NCBI RefSeq assembly: GCF_006345805.1
Contig: NC_043003.1
Span: 79,174,001 to 79,238,000, forward strand
Length of the DNA stretch: 64,000 nucleotides
From: Octopus sinensis
Taxonomy: Eukaryota
Direction of reading: 5' to 3'
Positions 38,188 through 51,599 of the stretch are shown here, one piece after another. The notes under the pieces were generated by a model. The model saw only the letters and a list, made by a program, of their open reading frames with translations. It was not told the DNA's origin and ran no database searches. Position numbers and translations under genes: made by a program. Numbering within the stretch: the stretch's first letter is position 1; the number at the start of each line of letters is the position of its first letter.

Positions 38188-38550
38188 AAGTAAGTAATAA
38201 TTATAATATTTTATAAGCTTAAAGCTGATAAGTGATCACTGTGCAATGACTAAAGAAACTAGTCTAAAATTGGGGCAATATTAGTCTATATTTCTTTAGT
38301 CATTGCATGGTGATTGCTCATAAGCTTTAAGCTTATAAAATAATATGTGTATGTGTGTGGGTTTGCTTGAGTTTGTTTATGTCCCCATAACTTAGCAGTT
38401 TAGTGAAAGAAATCAACAGGAAAAAATAAATATTGTGTCCAGTTTGTTCAGTTAAACCCTTGAATGTGGTACTCTAGCATGGCCACAGTCCATGATATAT
38501 ATATATATATATATATATTTATAATAAGTGTAGATCGTATACAAGTGGGT

Positions 38551-38867
38551 ATATATTTATAAAAAAGAAGTTTGAAAACGCCACTATATAAGATAAATTT
38601 TAATTTTCTTAGAAATTTTACATGTTTCAGTTCTTCTTGAAAAAATGCATTCGAACACATAAGACAGCTATTATACTTACTCCCCACAAAACACCACCAC
38701 ATGGATTCTGTTGAGACCAGTAAGAAACAATTATGAACTCTTTTATTACACTTAACTTTTAAAAATATTTTTGATAAGGTTCGTTTTTTCAAGAAGAACC
38801 GAAACATGTAAAATTTCTTAGAAAATTAATATTTATCTTATATAGTGGCATTTTCAAACTTCTTTTT

Positions 38868-38878
<11 letters not shown>
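38551..38878. repeat. Inverted repeat, ~95-bp arms
   Basis: tttataaaaaagaagtttgaaaa...catgtttcagttcttcttgaaaaaa and its reverse complement. Confidence 0.8.
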
Positions 38879-38906
<28 letters not shown>

Positions 38907-38921
38907 TATATATATTATATA

Positions 38922-38956
<35 letters not shown>

Positions 38957-39439
38957 GAAACACTGGAGTCGATGTAATTGACTAGTCCCCTCCCACCAAA
39001 TTCAGGCCTTGTGCCTTTAGCTTAAAGGATTATTTATTCAGATTGTACTCAATAAGACCCATCCTCCACAGAAGTGCCAAGGCCACATCCCCTGGCAAAG
39101 ATTGGCCTGCTGTACCACATAAAAAGCGCAAATGCTGGTGCCATTCAATAGCACTCGTGCTGGTCGCATGTTATATAAGCACCCAGCACACTGTAAAGTG
39201 ATTGGCATTAGGAAGGGCATCCAGCCAAAGAAAACCAAGCCAAATCAGATTGGAGCTTGGTGCAGCTCTCCAGCTTGCTAGCTCTGGTCAAGCCATCCAG
39301 TCCATAGAAAACAGATATTAAAGGATGATGTTGATGATGATGTTGGTGGTGATGGCGGTGGCGATGGTGGTGATGACGACGATGACGATGTTTTGAATTA
39401 ATTATGCATTATTTCATAGCTTCAAGATGTGATTACTCT

Positions 39440-39659
39440 CTCTTACTCTTTTACTTGTTTCAGTCATTTGACTGTGGCCATGCTGGAGCACCGCATTTAA
39501 TCGAGCAACTCGACCCCGGGACTTATTCTTTTGTAAGCCCAGTACTTATTCTATCGGTCTCTTTTGCCGAACTGCTAAGTAACGGGGACATAAACATACC
39601 AGCATCGGTTGTCAAGCAATGCTAGGGGGACAAACACAGACACACAAATACACACACGC

Positions 39660-39691
<32 letters not shown>

Positions 39692-39870
39692 TATATACAT
39701 ACATATATACGACAGGCTTCTTTCAGTTCTGTCTACCAAATCCACTCACAAGGCTTTAGTCAGCCCGAGGCTATAGTAGAAGACACTTGCCCAAGGCGCC
39801 ATGCAGTGGGACTGAACCCGGAACCATGTGGTTGGTAAACAAGCTACTTACCACACAGCCACTCCTGTGC
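39440..39870 (-). mobile_element. SINE family A, full length
   Basis: Family A in reverse. Confidence 0.9.
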
Positions 39871-40679
39871 CGCCACACATTTCAGAATGATAATGCAGGG
39901 CATTTTTGAGAGGTTCGATCTGTTTGGTTTGAACATAAAAGAAGTAAAATGTTTGGCCAATTTAAAAGCTAAAGGTTTAAAGTAATACATTTGAAGAAAC
40001 TTAATCAATATTTTTTTTTTTTAAATCAATCAATTTTATTTAATAATGGTAAGCATATTGAACCTATCGGTTTATTTTATTGTGTTTGTTTAAACTTAAA
40101 TAAGTGCAAGTTTCTGAATTTCTCATGACTTGGAAAGACTGAATTTTTTACCCATTATTTCATATCAACATGTGTTGTCAGTTAAACAATAGAACAGTCA
40201 AAGAAGAAATATTTTTTTAACTCTGTGCTTAGGGCACCGGTTGACCTTAATCCAGCTCTTGTATTCAAAGTACTGATCATCATGTCTTTATTTTAGCCAT
40301 AGTGCATCTAAAAATATTGTGAGTGGATTTAGCAGATAGAAACTAAAAGAAGCCAATTGTATATATGTTTGTATATATGCTTATATACACACACACACAC
40401 ACACACATGTATGTGTGTGTGTGTGTGCATATGTGTGTGTATATGAGCATGTGTGTGTGTATGTGTTACTTGTCTCCAGACTTGACATTACATGACAGTT
40501 GTAAATGAGTGTCACCACCATGCAAGGGGTGTCCTTTGTTTTCAATCTTCCATGAAGACATGTCTGTTAACGAAGAAATATTACCTTACTTGAAAACAGG
40601 TGTGGGTCGGTAATAGGAAGGGCATCCAGCCATAGAACATCTGACCCAGCAAATATTGTCTAACTGATGAGAGCATTAA

Positions 40680-40707
40680 AATGATGATGATGATGATGAT
40701 GGTGGTG

Positions 40708-40770
<63 letters not shown>

Positions 40771-40830
40771 TTGACGATGATGATGTTGACGATGATGATG
40801 TTGATGATGATGTTGATGATGATGGTGATG
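40680..40830. repeat. (GAT)n microsatellite
   Basis: Direct reading; follows an RTE-type tail. Confidence 0.95.
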
Positions 40831-42477
40831 GCAAGAAGTTTGCTTCTCGACCAGATGGATCCAGGTTCAGTTCCACTGCATAACACCTTGAGCTTAGAGT
40901 CTTCTACTATAGTGTCTGCCCAACAAAAGTCTTGAGAATGAATTTGGTTGAAGGAAACTGAAAGAAGCCTATTTTGCATGTTTGTGTCTGTGTATGTGTA
41001 TTTGTTCTCCACAGCTTGACATCCAGTGTTAGTGTGTTTACATCCCTGTAATTAGCAGTTCAATGAGAGAGATTGAGAGAATAAGCATCAGGCTTCAAAA
41101 CATGAGTACTGGAGTTGATTTGTACAACTAAAATTCTTCAAGGCAATGCCCCAGCATGGCTGCAGTCTAATGGCTAAAACATACAAAAGCTAAAAGAAAA
41201 GATATAAGTTATATCAACATCATCATCATCATCTTTTTATTGTAAATGATAATAGTTTTATCTGACACACCCATCTGTCGGCTCAAAGCTGCCCTAGATC
41301 TATGCACCAACATTTAATCAATAAATAGTTACTTGATGCCATCACCAGTGCTGTTTATGTGGCCCCTGCACCTGTGCATTTTATGACATATGGAACCAGC
41401 ACCTGTGGTTCTTATGAGGTACCACCACCAGTGCTTTTTACACGACACCAGCACTGCTGTTTTATTATTATTATTTTTTTTTAGCTAGTGCACCGGTGCT
41501 GGTGCTATGTAAAAAGCACTAGTGATGGTGCCATGTAAAAAGTACTGGTGCTGGTGTCACATAAAAAGCACCCAGTAACACTCCATTAAGTGGTTGGCAT
41601 TAGGAAGAGGATCCAGCAGTAGAAACCATGGTAAAACAGACAATGGAAACTGGTGTGGTTCCTGGCCTTACCAGCTTCCATCAAACCATCCAACTGCTGC
41701 CAGTATAAAAAACAGATGTCAAATGATGATGATGATGATGGTGATGGTAGTGGTAGTGGTGGTGGTGGTGGTAGTGGTAGTGGTGGTGGTGGTGGTAGTG
41801 ATGATGATGATGATTAACCAATTTACTCTATTTCTGGTGTTTATATTATCGACCTTGAAAGGATGAATCACAAAAAAAAAAAAAAAATTCAATTCTAATG
41901 AGCAGTATGCAGAAGATCAGGGATTAACTAAACACTGTAAGGTACACTATCATTTCTTCATATCTGCCAATTCATTGCCTTATTATATATATATATATAA
42001 TATACAAGGTCAGACAGACTTTGTAACAGTAAGGATTATTTTTCATGAGACTGTATACAGATCAGCAATGACTGCTTTTACTCTGAAGATGATAGATTAG
42101 GATAAAAGCTGAATGATGTGAATAATTATACCCTTTCAGAAGATTATTCAATGAATAAATCTTTTTTATCTTTCTTATTGATGAAAACAGAGAATAAAGA
42201 TTAATCTTTATTGAAACGATATTTTAAAAATATTGTCGTATTTTGTAGAAGCTACAAAGTTATTGACTGGTCGTATGTCAGTGTCAACATACTTTTTGCT
42301 GTTTTACTGTGAAAATCAGATAAATCCATTCGAAATTTCATTACCCTTAACTTCAAAAGCATTTTTATATACCAATCTATTTCTTTTTTTATTGATTTTT
42401 AAAAAATTTTTTGCTGTTGTTGTTGTTGAGGAATGTCATGTTTGAAACTATTTTCTGTTAGGATATGCCAAGTTTCT

Positions 42478-43042
42478 TTTCTACTATAGGCACAAGGCCC
42501 GAAATTTGGGGGAGGAAGCCAGTCTATTAGGTCGACCCCAGTATGTAACTGGTATTTAATTTATCAACCCCGAAAGGATGAAAGGTAAAGTCAACCTCGG
42601 CGGAATTTGAACTCAGAACGTAATGGCAGATGAAATACCTATTTCTTTATTACCCACAAGGGGCTAAACACAGAGCGGACAAACAAGGACAGACATAGGT
42701 ATTAAGTCGATTACATCGACCCCAATGCGTAACTGGTACTTAATTTATCGACACCAAAAGGATGAAAGGCAAACCTCAGCGGAATTTATACTCAGATCGT
42801 AACGGCAGACAAAATACCTATTTCTTTACTACCCACAAGGGGCTAAACACAGAGGGGACAAACAAGGACAAACATAGGTATTAAGTCGATTAAATCGACC
42901 CCAGTGCGTAACTGGTACTTAATTTATCGACCCCGAAAGGATGAAAGGCAAAGTCGACCTCGGCGGAATTTGAACTCACAACGTAACGCAGATGAAATAC
43001 CGCTAGGCATTTCGCCCAGCGTGCTAATTTTTCTGCCAGCTC
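42478..43042 (-). mobile_element. Head-to-tail trimer of SINE family B
   Basis: Repeated junction (g/a)aaatac|ctatttcttt at 42638/9 and 42817/8; unit 179 bp. Confidence 0.85.
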
Positions 43043-43361
43043 TTCATTATAATAATAGTTGTTTCTAACATAGGTTCAAGGGCAAAGAATATTTTGTGAA
43101 ATAGTTTAGTTGGATATGTCAAATTTATTGAGGCAACGTGGCAGGCAGAAAATACCACTTCTGTTTTTTGGTAGACACTTAACATTCTTACTATGAAAAC
43201 CATGAAATTTAATTTTGCAATTAAAGGGCTATAGGTATTTCTACTTCATACTTCAAAAGAACATAATTAAACTGTGTGAAAAAGTGTTATTACCAACAGA
43301 GATAACAATTACATATACAACATGTACTTATATGATACATATATATAATATATATATGTAT

Positions 43362-43765
43362 CAGGAGTGGCTGTGTGATAAGTAGCTTGCTTCCCGACCA
43401 CATGGTTCCGGGTTCAGTCCCACTGCATGGCACCTTGGGCAAGTATCTTCTACTATACCCTCGGGCCGACCAAAGCCTTGTGAGTGGATTTGGTAGACAG
43501 AAACTGAAAAAAGCCCGTTGTATATATGTATATGTGTATATATGTGTGCGTGTGTTTATGTGTCTGTGTTTGTCCCCCCAACATTGCTTGTCAACCGATG
43601 CCGGTGTGTTTACGTCCCCGTAACTTAGCGGTTCGGCAAAAGAGGCCGATAGAATAAGTACTAGGCTTACAAAGAATAAGTCCTGGGGTCGATTTGCTCA
43701 GCTAAAAGTGGTGCTCCAGCATGGCCGCAGTCAAATGACTGAAACAAGTAAAAGAGAAAAGAGAA
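43362..43765 (+). mobile_element. SINE family A, full length
   Basis: caggagtggctgtgtg head through gtaaaagag tail. Confidence 0.9.
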
Positions 43766-44499
43766 TACAAAACCATATTAAAATAAGAATTCCACACCAA
43801 AGAAAACACAAACATGAACATAGAAAGAAAAAAAAGAGAAATTGAAAAGGGGGAGGAAATAAAAAGAAAGAACAATATCAATTCAATACAAAGTGCCTCA
43901 ATTAGTCAAGCACCAGAAGGTTCAATGGAACCTACTGACAAGCCAATATGCTGACAGCATTAACATGGGCGATGGTAAGGGTTAAGGCTTTGGAACAGCC
44001 ATGCACCCTCACAGGCATTACTTGATACTGCAGTGAGGTAAGCTACCAATTATTCCATTGGCTGACTTATTAAAGAGAAACTTGCATGAAATTAGCTTAT
44101 GATACAAACAAATCTAGCGATGAAGTGGTATTAGTACTGAAGAGAAAGATAAGGATAAAGAAGATAATAATTTACAGTGAACGGGATTAGTCAATTCATT
44201 CAAACCCATTTCTTGATTGATACTTATATCATTGACCCCCAAGAGAAAGAAAGGTAAATTTTACTTATGTCTGATTCGAACTTGGGATGTAATTAAATAC
44301 TATAAGTCTTGTATAATAATTTTACCATCTTACACTCTAACGGTTTTGCCACTTCACTGCTATGACTATGATTTATTAACTATCTGAGATTAAGTATTGT
44401 TAATAACATTATCATTTTCTCAGTTTATTAACCTCACCTTTACAGGTGAAACTATCCTCATATTTACGTGCTTATTACAATTCAGTTAGATCTCTAATT

Positions 44500-44793
44500 C
44501 GTTGTTGTTTGTTCCTTCTCGAGCCATGCCTGGCTCATAAGGGCTGGTTTCCCGGTTTCTTGGCATATAGGTTCCCCACCTGGATGGGACGCCGATCCGT
44601 CGAAGGTGATCTGCAAGATGCAGGAGGAAAGAGTGAGAGAAAGTTGTGGCGAAAGAGTCAGCAGAAGTTCGCCATTACCTTCTGCCAGAGCTGCGTGGAG
44701 CTTAGGTGCTTTCGCTCGTAAACACACACATCGCCCAATCTGAGATTCGAACCGCGTGTCTGCTGCTCTAACCACTTAGCCATGTGCCTCCGC
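44500..44793 (-). mobile_element. tRNA-headed SINE (family C-related) with 12-bp TSD
   Basis: AGATCTCTAATT at 44488-44499 and 44794-44805; reverse-strand A-box TGGCTAAGTGG and B-box GGTTCGAATCT. Confidence 0.85.
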
Positions 44794-45039
44794 AGATCTC
44801 TAATTAACATTACATGTCTTATTTCTGAATATCTAAGTACATCATCATCATTGTCATCGTCATCATCTTATTTCCTTATCATTTAATATCTGCTTTCCAT
44901 CCTGCCATGGGTTGGAAGCCTGACAGGAACAGGAACAGGTAAGGCCAGGGGTTGCACCATGTTCCATAGTCTGTTTCGGCTTGATTTCTATAGCTAGATG
45001 CTCTTTCTAACACTAAACATATGTACATGAAAGAATGTA

Positions 45040-45600
45040 TTGGGTTGTTCGGAAAGTTTGTGCCGATTTTTAAAGGAAAGTAAAAGGTCAATAAATACTT
45101 GCCATTACATTTTTAATCAACCAAATATGAACCATTTTGTTGCACAATGCGTCTCCATCTTTCCTTTAACTTGAAAATACCCTCTTCCTAGAATTGAGGT
45201 GGTTTCATGGCAAAGAATTCATCATCTTTTTACGTCATCCAAGGAATTGAGAGTTTACCATTAAGACTATTCTGCAGAGACCTGAATAAGTGGAAATCCG
45301 AAGGAGCAATATCCGGCGAATATGAAGGGTGGGATAACACATCCCAGCCGAGCTGCAGCAATTTTTTTCTGGTTCCCAAAGCATCAAGTGCCAAAAATGA
45401 ACTTTCTTATCTTCCATTTTAAAGGGTTACAGAATTAACATAGGTTATAGGAACATAAATTTTCTTCCAATTAAAAGATAGCGTAAACTGTGCTCTAAAT
45501 GGAGGTGTAGTCAAATCTGATTTTATGGACTCAACCATGTTCTAAAATAAGTCGAAATGTAAGTTACTATAAATCGGGACAAACTTTCCGGATAACCCAA
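45040..45600 (-). mobile_element. Internally deleted mariner (MITE-like)
   Basis: TIRs ttgggttgttcggaaagtttgtgccgattt / aaatcgggacaaactttccggataacccaa with TA flanks. N-terminus MEDKKVHFWHLMLWE is joined to C-terminal SHPSYSPDIAPSDFHLFRSLQN. Confidence 0.85.
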
Positions 45601-45819
45601 TAGTTTAGTCCCAGATCAATCTTGATCAAGCAGAGATATAATCAATGTTCAAGTTGTAAAGCCATGCTCATTTTTCAGAGGGTGTATCTAGGACCACATT
45701 TCTGAGTGTGCTGCTTTCAAGTAGCAGGGCATTGATATGAAAGATATTCAGTTGTTACTTCTGGTAGTTTGGGCAACTTCATGGAGGCAACTGCTGACTC
45801 TTTGTGAATTTGGTCTTTT

Positions 45820-46225
45820 ATCTTTTACTTGCTTCAGTCATTAGACTGTGGCCATGCTGGGGCACTACCCAGAAGAATTTTTAGTTCAACAAATTGACCC
45901 CAGTACTTTTTTTAAAGCCTGGTACTTATTCTAACGATTTCTTTTACTAAACTGCTAAGTTACAGGGATGTAAATACACCAACACTGGTTGTCAAGCAGT
46001 GGATGGGGGGACAAACACAGATGCAAAGCCACACACTGATGTGTGTGAGTGTGTGACTGACTTCTTTCAGCTTCTGTCTACCAAATCCACTCACAAGGCT
46101 TTGGTCGGCCCAAGGCTATAGTAGAAGACTGAAGCTATAGTAGAAACCACTTGCCCAAAGTGCCATGCAAGGGACTGAATTTGAAACCTTGTAGTTGGGA
46201 AGCAAGCTTCTTACCACACAGCCAC
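45820..46225 (-). mobile_element. SINE family A, diverged
   Basis: Family A in reverse. Confidence 0.8.
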
Positions 46226-46578
46226 TACTACACTTATGATGTTGTTTAAGCTCGGGTCACCCCAGAATATGTAAGCAATTGGGAAAGATTCTTCTGGATT
46301 GAAAATAGTATCATTTATATAATAAGCAATATTATTTGCTACCATTACTTCAGAAATGATGGTTTCCACTTTTAATCCCATCAGATACTTAATATATTTC
46401 CAGGTATAAGACACCTAATGACTATTAGAGATCAAAGGGATTATAAAAGTGAAACTTGCATGATATTAGCTTCTGATACAAACAAATCTAATGATGAAAT
46501 AGTGTCGGTACTGAAGAGGAAGATAAAAATAAAGAAAAAAATAATTAACATGAAAAAAATAATTAACAATAATTAACA

Positions 46579-46945
46579 TAGGCGCAGGAGTGGCTGTGTG
46601 GTAAGTAGCTTGCTTACTAACCACATGGGCAAGTATCTTCTACTATAGCCTTGGGCCGACCAAAGCCTTGTGAGTGGATTTGGTAGATGGAAACTGAAAG
46701 AAGTCTGTCGTATATATGTATACATATGTATATATATATGTATGTGTGTTTGTCCCCTAGCTTCACTTGACAACCGATGCTGTTGTGTTTACGTCCCCGT
46801 AACTTAGCGGTTTCAGCAAAATAGACTGATAGAATAAGTACAAGGCTTACAAAGAATAAGTCCTGGGGTCGATTTTCTCGACTAAAGGCTGTGCTCCAGC
46901 ATGGCCACAGTCAAATAACTGAAACGAGTAAAAGAATGAAAGAAT
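46579..46945 (+). mobile_element. SINE family A
   Basis: AGGCGCAGGAGTGGCTGTGTGG head. Confidence 0.85.
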
Positions 46946-47485
46946 GTAGACAGAATTAGCTGATTCAATTGAATCCATTTCTCAGTTGGTACTCACATTT
47001 TGACCTCCGGAGAATGAAAGATAAATTTTACTTCCTTCTGATTTGAACTTGGGCTGCAACTAAATACTACAAGGTCAGACAGACTTTGTAACAGAAGGGA
47101 TTATTTTCCATATGACTGTTTACTGATCAGCAATAACTGCTTTCATCATCATCATCATCATTATTATAATGTCTACTTTTCCCACTTCACCAGTTCTGCT
47201 TACCAAAAGTGGCCTACTTGGCACAGTGCATTCGTCGTGTCGTCGCAATTGCTACGATATACGGTCAGAAAGAATTTGTTGAGCCAGATTTTCTTCAGCT
47301 GCATGCCATTCCTATCACTAACGCTTACCTGTTTCCAAGTAAGGTGATATCTTTCCATAACCAGACACATTTTCACAGAATTTTGGAAACAAAAGACATC
47401 CACTGCATGATGGTTGCACTTGTTTACAACAATCTTGTGATGTTGAGACACAGACACAGTAACAGACACACACATATATATATAA

Positions 47486-47749
47486 AATACAGTGTACATA
47501 AAAACACATCAAGGAGCTTCCATCATAGGAATCTTTTGTGCTAGAAAGAGCAGCTAAAGTCCAAACCACTAATTAGGGATAAATTTTCGAAGGGAATGAA
47601 AAATAAAAATAAAAAATAGATAGTAAATGTTTTTATTTTTCATTCCCTTCAAGAATTTATCCCTAATTAGTGGTTTGGACTTTAGCTGTTCTTTCTAGCG
47701 CAAAGGATTCCTATGATGGAAACCTCTTAATATGTTTTAATATACACTG

Positions 47750-47753
<4 letters not shown>
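47486..47753. repeat. ~270-bp inverted repeat
   Basis: Arms ttccatcataggaatc...gggaatgaaaaataaaaa and reverse complement, ~20-bp spacer. Confidence 0.85.
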
Positions 47754-47800
<47 letters not shown>

Positions 47801-47826
47801 GGTTTGGAGATGATGTACAGGTATTT

Positions 47827-47994
47827 GAAGAAATGAGGTACTCAGAAATCTGGATGGTTATATATTTATAGATATTTATTAGTATGTTACATGTTTTTAT
47901 AAATCATATATCATATATATGATATATGATTTATAAAAACATGTAACATCTGTAAATATAAAACCATCCAGATTTCTGAGTACCTCATTTCTTC
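47827..47994. repeat. ~170-bp palindrome
   Basis: gaagaaatgaggtactcagaaatctggatgg...catgtttttataaatcatatatcata mirrored. Confidence 0.85.
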
Positions 47995-47996
47995 TA

Positions 47997-48040
<44 letters not shown>

Positions 48041-49237
48041 GCTAATATCCAAATCATTTTACCTTTGCCCATATAATACAGTAAATGAATTGATTGCATC
48101 GCAATCATTAACATTTATGTATTAACTTTGTTGGGTACTTCACTAGCAGTATATTGGATATATGTTATCCCATGGAGGGTTGCATTTACAACCCCTATCT
48201 CAATTTGTATATATATTTATATATATATATAGATAGATATAGATATATAGACAGGCTTCTTTCGGTTTCCATCTAACAAATCCTCTCACAAACCTTTGGT
48301 CAGCTTTGGACAGCAGTAGAAGACTCTTACCCAAGGTGCTACATAGTTAGTCTGAACCCAGAGCATGTGGCTGAAAAACAAACTTCTTATTTCACAACCA
48401 CACCTGCACCTCTCCCCAGTCATCCCTGTGTCTTCATCTTCTAAACAGGCTACTTAAATGATCTGTCTCAACTTCTATTTGGCTTCTTGGCTTCATGCTG
48501 GGACTGGGGTCATTCCAAGTTAGTGATCCCAGAGGTGTCATCATGTGTAGAGCCAATCAGGTCCACCAGTGCTCTCCATCGATGGCAGTCAGTCCCATGC
48601 CAGCCCCTCTACCACAAAGAACTTAATTGTTCTTCAGTCAACTTACAGCAGTTAACAATGATGGCTGTCCCACCAATTCCATTAATTGTAAAGTCTGTTT
48701 GACAATAGTGTCACAGAGTTAATAATTGCTGAAGTAGCTGTTCCTACAAAATGCAGAAAGGTATTTTAGAACAATGCTTAATGTTCCTACTCACCTGATT
48801 ACCTTGTGTTTGCAAATTTAACAGACAGAAGTTGATAGCAAATATAAGAGAGCAAATAGTTGTAATAAAGGGGAAATGGAAACAAACTTATTGCAATGAA
48901 ATGCTATTTGTATTAAGAAAAGATATTAAGTAAACACAGACATGTTTTCAAGTAGTGTAGGTTAAATATTATCGTGATAGATGTTTTTTTCTATTTTCTT
49001 TAAATTTTTCTTGTTTGAGTCATTAGACTGCGGCCATGCTGGGACACCATCTTGAAAAATTTTAGTTGAACGAATCACCTCCAGTACTTATTGTTTGTGA
49101 GCCTAGTACTTATTATATCGGTTCTTTTGCTGAACCACTAAGTTACAGGGACATAAACACACCAACATCAGACACAAAGACACACACACATAACTATATA
49201 CATACATACATACATATATATATATGTGTGTGTGTGT

Positions 49238-49269
<32 letters not shown>

Positions 49270-49270
<1 letters not shown>

Positions 49271-49600
49271 AAGGCATATGGCTCAGTGGTTAGAGAGTTG
49301 AGCTTACAATTGTGAGGTTGTGAGTTTAAATCCCAGACTGGGCTGCATGTTGTGTTCTTGAGCAAGATACTTTATTTCACATTGCTCCAGTTAACTCAGC
49401 TGTAGAAATGGGTTGCGACGTCACAGTTGCCAAGCTGTATCAGGCTTTGCTTTTCTCTTGGATAACACTGGTGGTGTGGAGGGAAGGGCAGTGTGCATGG
49501 GCAACTGCTGATCTTCCATAAACAACCTTGCCTGGACTTGTGCCTGGAAGGGTAACTTTCTAGGTGCAATCCCATTGTCAGTAATAACCGAAGGGGTCTC
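49270..49600 (+). mobile_element. tRNA-headed SINE family C
   Basis: TGGCTCAGTGG A-box, GAGTTTAAATCC B-box, tgtgttcttgagcaagatac. Confidence 0.75.
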
Positions 49601-49689
49601 AGCATATATATATGAAAAGTAAGTAGGCATTAAAAATTGGTAATAAAATCCATATTCCTTTTACAAATTTATAGAAACAAATGATACAT

Positions 49690-50200
49690 GTTCTTTATTA
49701 AATGGGAAAATGAAAGTAAATATTTATATTTCGACATAAGCACCAGTGGCATCAACCAGTTTATTCAAACAGCCAAGGATGGAATGAATAACCTTCTAAA
49801 GGACGAATCTCCTGAATCCAGGAGTGAGATCTGGACTTCTCGGAGTTCTGGACATCTGGACTTCTGTGGTCACAGCCTTCAGATTTTAGCTCGTAATGGG
49901 GTTTCCACTGTCAAAAACTCAGTTCTTTATGCAACACCGTACGTATTGTGTATTTTGTTAGGCCACTTTCACAAGCTGCTTGACGTATCAATCTTTGTGG
50001 GTTGTCATGTTCTCTGCTGATCAGGATGTTGTTGGACAGCCACCTCTTCCATCGTTCACAGAGCCAATGGTCATCAGCTTTGCATAACAATTTTTTATTG
50101 TCTCTCGACGTAGTGTTGCATGCTTACCTTTCCATGCACCACACCATCTCTGAACCAAAACAAAGGAATTTCACACTTCATAGTGTGCTGCTATCTTAGC
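49690..50200 (-). mobile_element. Heavily decayed Tc1/mariner C-terminal relic
   Basis: Minus-strand PRSPDLTP and IHSILGCLNKLVDATGAYVEI*. Confidence 0.45.
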
Positions 50201-51599
50201 TTGCTCCTGAACAGTTAAGCAGCCAGACATTTGGAAAATAAGACAAGAAAATAAGAAATTCCTATTGGCATTGCCTCTTTAAAAAATGTTTTTGTCACAA
50301 CTTCAGTGATACTAAAAATTCTATAAGCAATTTCTAATGCCTAGTTACTTTCTACTCATCCTTTCTCTCTCTCTCTCTCTCTGTATATATATATATATAT
50401 ATAAAAGTATATATATATATATATATATCATCATCATCATCATTGTTTAACGTCCACTGTCCATGCTAGCATGGGTTGGACAGTTCAACTGGGATCTGGG
50501 AAGCCAGAAGGCTGCACCAGGCCCAGTCTGATCTAGCAGTGTTTCTACAGTTGGATGCCCTTCCTTTCAGTTTCCATTGGCCAAATCCACTCACAAGGCT
50601 TTGGTCAGCCTGAGGTGATAGAAGACACCTGCCTAAGGTGCCATGCAGTGGGACTGAACCTGGAACCATGTGGTTGAAAAGCAAGCTTCTTACTACAACA
50701 CAGCCATGCCTGGGGCTATATATATATATATATAGATGTGTGTATTTTTCCCTTGTTAACAATTAACATGGGAAAAATAAATAAATAGTTACCAGGGTAG
50801 CAAAAAGTCACACTAGTAAAAAGGTTGTGACTCCTTGTTTTAAAGGTAGAAACTACAGGTTTACGTGAAATATTTTGTATAATATATATAAATAAATAGA
50901 TGGAGTTAAACGCAGGTGTTATTCAAATTCTTTTACTTCTGATACATGTTTCGAAGACATCCCTGATATTATTCCAAAGGAATAAAAGGGTGTAAAACAA
51001 TGTAATCTTCTCTTCAGGGAAATGAAGAAATGAAACTCATCAACAAGACATTTTAATAGAAAATGATGGATATGTATAGTGATTAACTAAATGCTATTTA
51101 TGTATATAAAAGTATTTAATTTTTAATAATATATATGTCTATGTGGCACAGTGAAGATTTGTAAGATATTCCAGAAATTCTCCATGTGAGATTCTTATGT
51201 GGAAAGATGCACACATTTGGGTGTATGCATCAACAGTTCAACCAAGAAACCAACTCAACCACATATTTACAAACAGCAGGAACCCTCTTAACTCAAAAAG
51301 TCTTGTCACTTTGTTAGCGACCGGCTCGACTTCTCTCAAGAAGAACTTAAATTAAACTCAAAGAAAAATCATACCTACATACAAATGTACATATAATACA
51401 TACATACATACATGGTGGCTGCCCCCTCGTTATCAAGTATGGCCATTGCGCGAAGCTTAATTAATGTTGTTATCGTGCAATGCTTGTGCAAGAAGATTTT
51501 TTTTGAAGTGAGAAAAGGCTGTGCACCGAGTCAATCCCACTCACTAAGCAACAGCAGCCATAATCCGAAAAGAAGAACAAGTCAACATCATCGGTAACC

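Noticed and set aside
40581-41012. Poly-Ile/Met/Ser ORFs
   Set aside because: (GAT)n microsatellite.
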